DNA of 64,000 nucleotides, from the NCBI GenBank assembly GCA_016699975.1, contig CP064994.1:711828-775827 (forward strand), given 5' to 3'. The DNA is from Candidatus Moraniibacteriota bacterium. Its GTDB lineage: Bacteria > Patescibacteriota > Minisyncoccia > Moranbacterales > UBA1568. The notes under the pieces were generated by a model. The model was not told where the DNA came from and did no database searches. It was given only the letters and a program-made list of their open reading frames with translations. This document shows, in pieces, positions 40,358 to 49,074 of this stretch. The translations under genes and the position numbers were made by a program. The first letter of the stretch is position 1; each line of letters opens with the position of its first letter.

Positions 40358-41902
40358 ATGAAGCCTGTTGCTCTTTCTTTGGTTTTCATTTCCTTCTTTC
40401 TTTTCTTCCCATTCTTCAGGATTGCACAGGGAGCAACGTATACTGCAATAAGTTGCTCAAGAGTCGATGTCCAATCAGCGATAGATACATCAATGAATGG
40501 AGATATCATTAGCATTCCCGCCGGCACTTGTTCGTGGAGCGATCCGGTCTCCATTGTCGGTAAAACCATCACACTCCAGGGTGCAGGCTCAACTCCTGCA
40601 GGAACCGTCATCAACTATTCCGGAACAAACCACAGTCTCATTGCAATTGACCCAGGAACACAGAGGGGCTCTCTCACAATTTCAGGTTTTCGCTTTGTAG
40701 GAGGAGATCCAAATTACTGGGGTGGAATGCATATTCAATTTAGTGGTCCCGACGAATGGAGGGGTCTCCGTATCCATCACAATGTTTTTATCGGATCACA
40801 GAATAATGTCATTCGCGGTTCGACCGAAACAGAGGGGTTGATTGACAATAATATATTTGAAGGGTCATCTCACTCTATCCAACTCGATGGAAGGGGTTCC
40901 GACGACTGGAATCGACCTATCGCTTACGGAAGCGCGGGTTTCTTTTTTGTAGAGAACAATACATTCAACAATGACGATACTTATGGCAATACAGGCTGGT
41001 TCGCCGTTGATGTAACGAATGGAGGAAGAAATGTTTTTCGCTATAATACTCTCCGAAACAGCTTCTGGGAGAATCACGATCGATGCCGCAGTGGACTCCC
41101 CTCTTCGAGAGCATTTGAAATCTACAATAACAATTTCACAAAAGACAGTGTGGGACATAAGGCAATAGACCTTTCAAGTGGTGACGGGGTTATTTTCCAA
41201 AATAACTTCAGTCTCTCTTGGAATGTTCCGATCGGCGCATACAAAGGCGGTGACGAAAGCTGCCTACTCCCCCCAAATGAGATTCCGGGAGCTCTCGCTC
41301 CTATTTATACCTGGGAGAATACTCTCAATACCGGAGGTTCAGCGAATACAGTATTCTGCACGAGTAGTATCGAACTGTGCAGTCAAATGAATTTCCAAGA
41401 AGGAGAACCAATGCCCAGCTACAGCCCGTATATTTACCCTCACCCCCTTGCTTCTTCCACCCCCACCTTCTCCCCCTGCTCTACCCTCACTCCTTCTTCT
41501 TCTCTCCCCGGAGGCTATGGCAGTCCCTTTGACCTCTTTCTTTCAAATACGCCTCTTGTTGCTGCAGAGTGTACTTCAAGTGACATCCATACCCTGAAGG
41601 CAACGATAGGGATTCCTGGAAATCAAACACGAGTCTCGTACACAAAGGGGTATTGGTACAATCCTGGAACCAGTAGCTGGGTTGAGTACACCGGGGCTTG
41701 TAGTGGCACACAGAATGGAAACTGGTGCCAGGGACCTGTCACGGCAACAGTGACTCATGCGAATATTGATACAACGAGTGCCCAGACACCCGTTACCTTT
41801 GTCGGGATGACCTGCTCTGTACAAAACGGTGCCTGGAAGTGTGGGTGTCGGGATACTTCCTGTTCCTCCTTCTTGTGGCAGGTGCAGGGAGCGGGGAGGT
41901 AG
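40358..41902 (+). CDS. secreted right-handed beta-helix-like protein with Cys-rich C-terminal domain
   Basis: 514 aa. Signal peptide MKPVALSLVFISFFLFFPFFRIAQG. The N-terminal pattern GTCSWSDPVSIVGKTITLQGAG and the repetitive N/G-rich strands suggest a pectin-lyase fold. The C-terminal ~145 aa are shared with the 22532-24637 protein. Confidence 0.6.
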   Translation: MKPVALSLVFISFFLFFPFFRIAQGATYTAISCSRVDVQSAIDTSMNGDIISIPAGTCSWSDPVSIVGKTITLQGAGSTPAGTVINYSGTNHSLIAIDPGTQRGSLTISGFRFVGGDPNYWGGMHIQFSGPDEWRGLRIHHNVFIGSQNNVIRGSTETEGLIDNNIFEGSSHSIQLDGRGSDDWNRPIAYGSAGFFFVENNTFNNDDTYGNTGWFAVDVTNGGRNVFRYNTLRNSFWENHDRCRSGLPSSRAFEIYNNNFTKDSVGHKAIDLSSGDGVIFQNNFSLSWNVPIGAYKGGDESCLLPPNEIPGALAPIYTWENTLNTGGSANTVFCTSSIELCSQMNFQEGEPMPSYSPYIYPHPLASSTPTFSPCSTLTPSSSLPGGYGSPFDLFLSNTPLVAAECTSSDIHTLKATIGIPGNQTRVSYTKGYWYNPGTSSWVEYTGACSGTQNGNWCQGPVTATVTHANIDTTSAQTPVTFVGMTCSVQNGAWKCGCRDTSCSSFLWQVQGAGR

Positions 41903-41909
41903 GGGGTTT
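41460..41909. repeat. inverted repeat copy B (450 bp)
   Basis: Reverse complement of 22525-22974 with 5 substitutions and 2 indels. Covers the 3' end of the 40358-41902 gene plus 7 nt beyond its stop. Confidence 0.9.
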
Positions 41910-42052
41910 ACATGTTCAAGTTAAGAAAGATAAAAAAAGAGGGAAGAAAAATTTTTGTCGCCTGAACCAAACAAAAATCATGGACGAACGAACAATTCTT
42001 CGTAAGAATATATACTCGCCACAAACAAGAAAGAGCACCTGAGAAAACCTTC

Positions 42053-43033
42053 ATGGCTACCCCCCTCCTCCGGAACGACCCCTCAAAAAAACCATCGCGA
42101 ACAACTCGCCGCTTTCGCGCGATGGGAACCGAAGCCTATATTGAAATTGTCCATACCAAAGAAAGACAAGATGATGCCGAAGCTGCACTCGCAAAAATCG
42201 TCGAGCTCTGTTTCGAAAAAGTCAGTATCTTTAATCGATTCGATCCCGAGAGCGAACTGTGTTTTTTGAACGCACACTTGGGAGAATTTCGAGATGCTTC
42301 CCCCGATATGATTACGGTCGCCTTGCATGCGATCGATTTTCATCACGAAAGTGCCGGGCTTTTCGATCCACGTATCCTCTCGGCACTCAAGCGAGCAGGA
42401 TACACATCCGATTTTTCCCAAGGACTTTCCCTTTTCAAAAAACCCTCTCTCTTCTTTTCGTCATCAAATAGGCACACGCTGAGGAGAGACCTCCACGTGT
42501 GGGGAGAGCGTGTACGATTCGATGTGCCGCTCGATTTTTCGGGAATTGCCAAGGGCTACATTCTCGATATACTCGCACGACGTCTTCGCAACGACGGATG
42601 GCAGAATTTTCTCATTGATGCCGGCGCAGACATAGTGCTCTCCGGAGTAAACGTTCAAAACGAATACTGGCGCATCGACGCAGAAGGAGTCTCGCCTGCC
42701 TCCATCCTTGCGGTTCGAGATATGGCGATCGCCACGTCCGGTATCACAAGGCGCCAGTGGATCGATACGGAAGGGAATCGCTATCACCATTTGATTCACC
42801 CGAAACATCCTTTGGAATTTTCTTTCGATCTTCTCTCAGTCACCGCCCTCTCCGAAAATGCCGAGCGCTCCGATTTCCTCGCAAAAATTCTCTTCCTCAT
42901 GGGAAGAGAAGCGGGTCAGGCGTTCGCCACAAAGCATCGTATTCCCGCCATTTTTCTTGAAGAGAGAAATGGGCGAACCGTTCTTTTCAAAACACCGGAG
43001 GCGACTCGACTCTTATGCAAGACACAAAAATAA
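42053..43033 (+). CDS. apbE: FAD:protein FMN transferase (ApbE family)
   Basis: 326 aa. FRAMGTEAYI, FDPESELCFLN, GLFDP and DFSGIAKGYILD are typical ApbE motifs. Confidence 0.8.
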   Translation: MATPLLRNDPSKKPSRTTRRFRAMGTEAYIEIVHTKERQDDAEAALAKIVELCFEKVSIFNRFDPESELCFLNAHLGEFRDASPDMITVALHAIDFHHESAGLFDPRILSALKRAGYTSDFSQGLSLFKKPSLFFSSSNRHTLRRDLHVWGERVRFDVPLDFSGIAKGYILDILARRLRNDGWQNFLIDAGADIVLSGVNVQNEYWRIDAEGVSPASILAVRDMAIATSGITRRQWIDTEGNRYHHLIHPKHPLEFSFDLLSVTALSENAERSDFLAKILFLMGREAGQAFATKHRIPAIFLEERNGRTVLFKTPEATRLLCKTQK

Positions 43034-43097
43034 TGAGGGAGATCTTCCCTTTCCCCTCTTCCGTTCAGTAAAAAAAAGAAAAGCACGTATCAATCCT

Positions 43098-43884
43098 TCA
43101 CTCATCTTTCATGTGCGGCATGTCGCATTCGAATTCGTATCGAAGGCGACAGATGCGCGAAACAAATCTCCAAAGAATTTCGGGCGGAACCGTAATCGTT
43201 TCTCGCGCACAACGAGCTTTCAATTCTTCGGCTTCATCGGGAGCGAAATAGCCGTGATGCCGATAGGCATCGATACGAATTCGAATGCTGTCCGGATTGA
43301 GCTCGGGATGAAATTGCGAAGCATACACATTGGTGCCCACACAGATCATCTGCACCGGACACAGAGGTGACGTTGCAAGCAGTGTTGCCCCGAGCGGAGT
43401 CGTCTCGCATGCTTCTTTGTGTCCCGTAAAAGCGCGAAACGGCGAGGGAAGTCCCGAAAGAAGCGGATCACAATTCCCTTCGTCAGTCACGAAAATATCA
43501 GTGGGTCCGGCCGCTTCCGCGAAAGCGTTTTTCGATACGTTCGTGCCGAGCAAAGTTGCAAGAATTCCAAGCCCGTAACACGCGCCAAAAAATGGCATAT
43601 CTCACTCCAGAATTTCCCCAAGAAGCGATCGAAATCGACTCTCGGCACCGCGTTCAACCACACTCTTCTTGTACAGAGGATCGCTCACATGAAACGATCC
43701 GCCGCCCGCCCAGATCCCCCGCATACTAAGCAAGTGACCGCGACGGCATTTCACCTTTTTCCCTTCGCACACATTCAACTTCTTCGCGCGAAAGTTGCCC
43801 CCAGCAAAGAACCGACGCGAGTTCTCCGTTTGCCGCTTCATCTTCTTCGGGGCGAAACAATAAGAGAAGAAGTTGTTTCTTCAT
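43098..43884 (-). pseudogene. class I glutamine amidotransferase-like protein interrupted by one frameshift and one in-frame TGA
   Basis: The N-terminus MKKQLLLLLFRPEEDEAANGELASVL... shifts frame at the T5/A5 run 43756-43760 into ...GIWAGGGSFHVSDPLY...LLGEILE. A TGA (43602-43604) follows, and the same frame then continues DMPFFGACYGLGILA...QFHPE, the nucleophile elbow and HPE of GATase1. Confidence 0.6.
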
Positions 43885-44269
43885 AGTTTCTGAGAAACAG
43901 AAAACTCCGACACACTTTTTTCTTTTCCACTCAAGGAGCGCATTCCTCCCCGCTTCCCTTGCTCCGGAAAAAGAAAATCCGCCGTGCACGCCGCACGACG
44001 GATTAAGAAAGTTGTTACTCTTGTGATTCGAGATACTGTTTGGAGTACCCCGATAACAGGAAGGGAAAGATCGCGATGATTTCTCCACTTTGGGCACGGA
44101 GCGCAGAGACGAGAAGAAGTTGTCCCGCAAGAAGAAGCGGTGCCGATGGAGTCCGGGGCGATAGAGTTCCCTCGCAACGTTTCGCAGCCGCTCTATCACT
44201 TCTTTCATCGCCTCCGAAATACCAGAAAATTCTCGAGTGAGGTACTCCCTGAAACCAGGCGTGGTCATA

Positions 44270-45616
44270 TCAAACCATCTTTCCCACGAAAGTTTCGAAA
44301 TTTTTTTCGAGCATGTCGTCGGAAAAAATTTCCGAAGTACGCTCGGAGATGAAGATGAGAACTGGTGATTTCGCAAGAGAATCAAAATCGTTTCCAAAAA
44401 TTTCAGCAATGATCTCCTCTTCTGCGCTCGGGAAACGCCCCGACAAACGATTCATTCGAACAATGCCGCTCGCAAAACTGGCAACATACGCTATATTTCC
44501 GCCCGGAAGAATTGGGAACGGGGTGGCGGCAGAATAAGGCCCACGGGCATAATTTGTGGCAACGACAACTGTCTCGCGGTGCAAACTGAACGGATAGACT
44601 CCATCACGATTCAGCAAAAAAGCAAGAACCGCATTCGACAAAAAGAGGCGAGCTGCGACGCGAATCTTCAACGGATCAGCATCACGATCTCTTCGGCGTA
44701 CCTCTTCTTCGACGAGAGGAAGCGCTTCCTCTGAAATCGAATGAATCGCCTTCCAGAGAGCACGGATACTTGAGGCATACCAACGCTCAAAGTCTAAAGA
44801 AGGCACCATATCGCGACCCAATTTTTCTCGAAAGAGGCGCCCCAGTATTCTTCCTTCTTTCGTCCAGAGTTCCGTTGAAAGTATGGCTCCTTTTTTCCCT
44901 GCTCTTTCAAGAACTGCCTCCGTCAAAACGGTCGAGGGTGAACTATTTTCGAGAAACTGAGGAAGTCCCGCATACAAAAACCCCCTTATGAACGTCGAAG
45001 GACGTTTGAAGAACGAGAACTTTTCTCGCGCTTCTTCGCCGAATCGCTTCTCCAAAAAACGAAAGAGCGCTTCGACGATTGCCGACTTTCGCTCAACATC
45101 TGCTCGAAGACCACCGTCTTCGCACGCCTTGCCATACCATTGTTTTTGTTCTTCAGCTTTTGCCGCGCACCCCAAATGGCTATCAAGAACGAGTACTATT
45201 TTCCCAAATTGTTGAATGCCATCAAGAATCGCTTTTGTGAAATCGCCTTCTCTCAAAAAGAGTTTTCCGTCTTCTTGAAGAAGCGCATCACTTATGTCGC
45301 CCGCCGGCGTTCGGAAGGCTCCAAACGAAAATCCGAATACGGTTTCCGAAAGTACGCGGCCATCGATACAGAGCGTGAGGTAAAAAGACTCGAGAGGAAT
45401 TTCGAAAAACGCTTCGGCAATTTTCTTCGCCTCGGCGAATTCATCAGAAGTAAAATCATGAACGCGCGCATTTCTCGTCGCTATCAATGATTTAAGAAGG
45501 AACCGAAAATACTCCAAAGACTTCGAATCACCCGGAAGGGCAGGATACTTCTCAGGAACCGCACGCAAATAAGAATCAATCGCCACCATAAGAGATCTCC
45601 CAAAGAAGGGCATCAA
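44270..45616 (-). CDS. hypothetical protein with beta-carbonic-anhydrase-like zinc-site motifs
   Basis: 448 aa. LCIDGRV (CxDxR), then FGAFRTPAGD (compare FV.RNAGN), then VLVLDSHLGCAA (HxxC) 64 residues after the first Cys. This is the order and spacing of beta-CA zinc ligands. No other family recognised. Confidence 0.45.
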   Translation of the reverse strand: MMPFFGRSLMVAIDSYLRAVPEKYPALPGDSKSLEYFRFLLKSLIATRNARVHDFTSDEFAEAKKIAEAFFEIPLESFYLTLCIDGRVLSETVFGFSFGAFRTPAGDISDALLQEDGKLFLREGDFTKAILDGIQQFGKIVLVLDSHLGCAAKAEEQKQWYGKACEDGGLRADVERKSAIVEALFRFLEKRFGEEAREKFSFFKRPSTFIRGFLYAGLPQFLENSSPSTVLTEAVLERAGKKGAILSTELWTKEGRILGRLFREKLGRDMVPSLDFERWYASSIRALWKAIHSISEEALPLVEEEVRRRDRDADPLKIRVAARLFLSNAVLAFLLNRDGVYPFSLHRETVVVATNYARGPYSAATPFPILPGGNIAYVASFASGIVRMNRLSGRFPSAEEEIIAEIFGNDFDSLAKSPVLIFISERTSEIFSDDMLEKNFETFVGKMV

Positions 45617-45869
45617 TTGTTAAACTGTCGGGCTTTTCCGACAAACCGAGAAGAGTATAAAAGGAAAATCGAAGAAGCGCAAGAGAAGGACTTCCCCAAG
45701 GATTCTCCTCGATTCGACTCATTACATCACAAAGAAAAGCTCGCTCCAAGATAAAAAACGCGGGGAAGAAATACCACAGGCTCCTCGTACTGCACCCATA
45801 CTCTCCCCTCTCTTCTCACGAGCTCCCCTTATTTCTCGAAGAAAAAAGGGGGAAGGATGAAGCGAGATG

Positions 45870-46256
45870 TCAGTCTTTCATCGAATGAAGAGCAATCGCA
45901 TTTCCTTCGGAATCTTCGATCCAGGCAATATATCCGTTTTCGCCAATCGACTTTCGCGGGAGAATAACAGGAACACCCATTTGCTCCGCTTTCTCGATCG
46001 CTTTTCGGACATTTTCCTCGGGAGCTGTAAAGTAGAGGATCGATCCGTGGTGAGAAGGAGTATAGCCCGTCCCCAACATAAGTGCGCCCGGCGCACCGTA
46101 AGCATCCCTCACGGATGGGAAAAAACTGAGAAGATACCCGCCCTCCATTTCCATTCTTTTTTCAAACGAAAAACCGAAAAAATCTTTATAAAATTTTTCC
46201 GCACGATCCATATTCGTGACCGGTACTTCGAACCAGCCAACAGGATTAGCATTCAT
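45870..46256 (-). CDS. VOC-family (glyoxalase/bleomycin-resistance fold) protein
   Basis: MNANPVGWFEVPVTNMDRAEKFYKDFFGF...GYIAWIEDSEGNAIALHS is a typical VOC beta-alpha-beta-beta-beta module. Confidence 0.8.
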   Translation of the reverse strand: MNANPVGWFEVPVTNMDRAEKFYKDFFGFSFEKRMEMEGGYLLSFFPSVRDAYGAPGALMLGTGYTPSHHGSILYFTAPEENVRKAIEKAEQMGVPVILPRKSIGENGYIAWIEDSEGNAIALHSMKD

Positions 46257-46316
46257 AGGCGTACTATAAGAAATTATTTTCCCTTTGCAGAATGATAGCA
46301 CCAAATCCCTGGGGAA

Positions 46317-46568
46317 TCACGAGGGGAATGAAGCGGTGAGTTCGACATCGAAATCCGTCTTCTCCGCCGGCGCTTCTCCACCTCCTGGAGCTCCCGCTCC
46401 CGGCATCATACCTCCCATCATAACGGGCGCTGCTGCCGACACACCAAACTTTTCTTCGAGCACTTTGACGAGTTCCGAAAGATCAAGGACACTCATCTTT
46501 TCGATTTCTTCAACCAACTTCGCAAACTTGGCGGGCACTTCCACCGCCTCTTTTTTTTCTTCCGACAT
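46317..46568 (-). CDS. rplL: ribosomal protein L7/L12, truncated (C-terminal domain missing)
   Basis: [49 protein letters not shown]...[12 protein letters not shown] matches the L12 N-terminal domain, hinge and first residues of the C-terminal domain, then ends FPS-TGA. No frame downstream encodes the remaining ~60 aa of the C-terminal domain. Confidence 0.75.
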   Translation of the reverse strand: MSEEKKEAVEVPAKFAKLVEEIEKMSVLDLSELVKVLEEKFGVSAAAPVMMGGMMPGAGAPGGGEAPAEKTDFDVELTASFPS

Positions 46569-46706
46569 ACGCATTATGAGTAAAAAATTACATGAGAATT
46601 CTTTCTTCCGACACAATTCCCCCACTTTTCTTTATGGAGATTCTTCTCTCTTTCTCTTCCAAATTGAGAAGAGGAAAATCTCCGAACATTTCCTTGAGCT
46701 ATCCAT

Positions 46707-47225
46707 CTAGGCACTCTTTTGTTCTGACACCTGTTGGAGCACACGAACCAATCCGGAAATATTTCCCGAGAGAGTTCGCGCAAATCCCGCAATCGGCGCC
46801 TGGAGCGTTCCCGCAAGCTTCGCCCTGAGTTCAGTGAGCGAGGGAAGTTTCGAGAGCGCAAGCACCTCCTCGGTCGACAGGACTTTTTCTCCAAGCGTCC
46901 CCGCGGACACGACGAGCGCTTTATGTTTCTTCGAAAACTCGACAAGAGTTTTCGCAGCCGAAACTTCGTCGGGCGAAAACGCAGTCACGATTTGTCCGGG
47001 AAGCGTCTTCGCATCGAGAGAAACACCAACCGAACGAAGCGCGATTGAAAGAAGTGTTTTCTTCATGACCCGAAGCGAACCCCCCATTTTACGCATCTCT
47101 CGCTGGAGTTCCATCGATTCCTTTACGGTGAGCCCCGCATACCCCGCAAAAACCAACGATTTCGACGTCTGAATACACTCCGTCACCTGGGAGACGATTT
47201 CTTCCTTCTGTTGTTTGGTTTGCAT
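46707..47225 (-). CDS. rplJ: ribosomal protein L10
   Basis: MQTKQQKEEIVSQVTECIQTSKSLVFAGYAGLTVKESMELQREMRKMGGSLRVMKKTL matches the L10 N-terminal domain. Start taken at ATG 47225 rather than the extended ORF start. Confidence 0.85.
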   Translation of the reverse strand: MQTKQQKEEIVSQVTECIQTSKSLVFAGYAGLTVKESMELQREMRKMGGSLRVMKKTLLSIALRSVGVSLDAKTLPGQIVTAFSPDEVSAAKTLVEFSKKHKALVVSAGTLGEKVLSTEEVLALSKLPSLTELRAKLAGTLQAPIAGFARTLSGNISGLVRVLQQVSEQKSA

Positions 47226-47313
47226 AAATATCTTTTCTTGCTCTTCATTATCATTCTTCTCATTTCTCAGGAAAAGATTCGACCGATCTTTCCCCGTTCC
47301 ATTTTTTCGTACA

Positions 47314-47336
47314 AAAAAATCCGCCTTCCGCGGACC
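47314..47336 (-). promoter_or_regulatory. possible attenuator hairpin in the rplJ leader
   Basis: The minus strand reads TCCGC-GGAAG-GCGGA followed by T7, ~90 nt upstream of the rplJ start, within a 417-nt untranslated region. This would be consistent with an L10-leader-type element, but that is not verified. Confidence 0.3.
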
Positions 47337-47642
47337 ACGAACGAGTACTCTCAAAGCCGAACACAGAGAAAGAGGCGGCTTCGACATTTCCTCGTGAGGA
47401 TATTGCACGCCTCGATTCAGCGAATACGAAGCGAAACCTCAGGTCTTTGGAATATTCGACACTCTCGTTTTTTCTTTTTTCCTTTCTTTCTTTTTCTTCA
47501 ACTTCTCACTTATCGATATTTGTGCCAAGACTCTTCGAGACGAGGCGCGATAGATAATCGAAAAATTTTGGAAAGAAGAAAGGAATGCTAGAACGATCTC
47601 TCTTCAACTTCTCTCACGAAATCACATTCACGTCACCTTCTT

Positions 47643-47960
47643 TTATTTTTTTCCACTCTCTTCGGCAGCATCAACAGGGGCTTCTTTCGCGACTGCTTTC
47701 GGCATTTTCACTTTTTGCTTCGGTTCCTTCAGAATTCCTTCCCGAACGAAGAGATTGTGTGCCGTAAGAGATGCCTGGGCGCCCTTCTCAATCCAATGAA
47801 GAATACGTTCTTGCCGAAGTACTGATTTTTTGGAAGTAGGATCGTAACTCCCCAAAACTTCTACATGCCGTCCTCCCGGCGCTACGGTATGTTCCTGAAG
47901 CACCACGCGAAAACTCGGGCGATGTTTTCTTCCCACACGGTTGAATCGAATCGTAAGCAT
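47643..47960 (-). CDS. rpsP: ribosomal protein S16
   Basis: MLTIRFNRVGRKHRPSFRVVL...GSYDP...L..ERILHWIEKGAQ is the canonical S16 sequence. Confidence 0.9.
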   Translation of the reverse strand: MLTIRFNRVGRKHRPSFRVVLQEHTVAPGGRHVEVLGSYDPTSKKSVLRQERILHWIEKGAQASLTAHNLFVREGILKEPKQKVKMPKAVAKEAPVDAAEESGKK

Positions 47961-48150
47961 AAAAAATTCGCTCTAGAAAGCTTTCCCCCACTCTATCGCA
48001 CCAATCATGCACTGTCAAGCCTCGAGCCCCCGCTCTTTTTTCTCTCTTTCCCCCATTCGTCTTCGTTGGAGTTGGCGGGTGACGAGAGATATGGTACAGT
48101 AAAAAACTTTAGAATTCGAAGAGCTAAAACCCAACAATCCAAAATTTCCC

Positions 48151-49074
48151 ATGTCCATCCTCTCTGCTTCTCATCTTTCAAAAACATATTCAAGCGGTGT
48201 GCGAGCACTCGACGACCTTTCTCTCGATATTCAGTCGGGAGAAATTTTTGCTCTTCTCGGCCCAAATGGTGCCGGGAAAACAACATTCATCGGTATCATA
48301 GCGGGACTCGTAAAGAAAACGTCTGGCTCCGCCACAATCGACGGCTACGATTTCGAGCGCCATTGGCGCGAGGCAAGAACGCGAATTGGCCTCGTCCCGC
48401 AGGAAATTCACCTCGATATTTTCCTCTCTGCGGAAACAATTCTCAAAAATCAACGCGGCTTCCATGGAAAACGCCCGAACCCCAGACTGGTCGAAAAACT
48501 GCTGAAAGAATTTTCCCTCTTCGAGAAAAAAGATGAGGAAGTCCGCTCCCTCTCGGGTGGTATGAAGCGCCGCGTCCTCATTGCAAAAGCGCTCGTCACC
48601 GAGCCCAAAATTCTCTTTCTGGACGAGCCGACCGCAGGGGTCGATGTCGAACTTCGGAAAGATATGTGGAATACCGTAAAGAGACTGAAAGATGAAGGAG
48701 TGACCGTCATTCTTACGACTCACTATATTGAAGAAGCCGAACTTCTCGCCGATCGAATTGGCATCATCAATAGTGGCCGACTGATCCTGGTCGAAGAAAA
48801 ACAAACGCTCATGAAGCGAATGAGCGAAAAAACCCTCGACATCTCGCTCAAGAACCCGCTTCCTCGCCTTCCCGAGCACCTTTCGATGCTTCCTCTTTCC
48901 CTATCATCGGATGGCCACACACTTACACTGCGATACTCCGCGGGCGAGAGAAATATTCCCGCTCTTCTTACCGAACTCGAAAAAGCGGGGATTTCGGTCG
49001 AAGATCTCTCCACCCAAGAAACCTCTCTCGAAGAAATATTCATAAACCTTACCCATAAGTCGGAAACCGTATGA
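48151..49074 (+). CDS. ABC transporter ATP-binding protein (ABC-2 subfamily)
   Basis: Walker A GPNGAGKTT, signature LSGGMKRRVLIAKAL and Walker B ILFLDEPTAGVD. Confidence 0.9.
   Translation: MSILSASHLSKTYSSGVRALDDLSLDIQSGEIFALLGPNGAGKTTFIGIIAGLVKKTSGSATIDGYDFERHWREARTRIGLVPQEIHLDIFLSAETILKNQRGFHGKRPNPRLVEKLLKEFSLFEKKDEEVRSLSGGMKRRVLIAKALVTEPKILFLDEPTAGVDVELRKDMWNTVKRLKDEGVTVILTTHYIEEAELLADRIGIINSGRLILVEEKQTLMKRMSEKTLDISLKNPLPRLPEHLSMLPLSLSSDGHTLTLRYSAGERNIPALLTELEKAGISVEDLSTQETSLEEIFINLTHKSETV

Noticed and set aside
43726-44409. 227-aa minus-strand ORF spanning the gap between the beta-CA-like gene and the GATase-like gene
   Set aside because: Only its last ~50 codons (MKKQLLLLLFRPEEDE...) look like real protein, the GATase N-terminus. 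Its 5' part overlaps the end of the upstream gene in another frame. The middle part (43885-44268) is of unresolved coding status and is discussed under the GATase finding.
22814-46319. Possibility that in-frame TGAs (22814-22816, 43602-43604, 46317-46319) reflect UGA reassignment (codes 4 or 25) or selenocysteine
   Set aside because: prfB retains its UGA-dependent autoregulatory frameshift, and most genes here terminate sensibly at TGA. I saw no SECIS-like hairpin immediately downstream. One TGA arises from a compensating indel pair, and another is a domain-loss breakpoint. This still needs the read and ortholog checks listed in the findings.
47461-47520. Polypyrimidine low-complexity tract (TTTTTTCTTTTTTCCTTTCTTTCTTTTTCTTC) in the rpsP-rplJ spacer. 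Considered as a repeat element.
   Set aside because: It is simple-sequence composition within a long 5' leader, with no unit periodicity or second copy. It is probably part of the rplJ leader rather than a discrete repeat.
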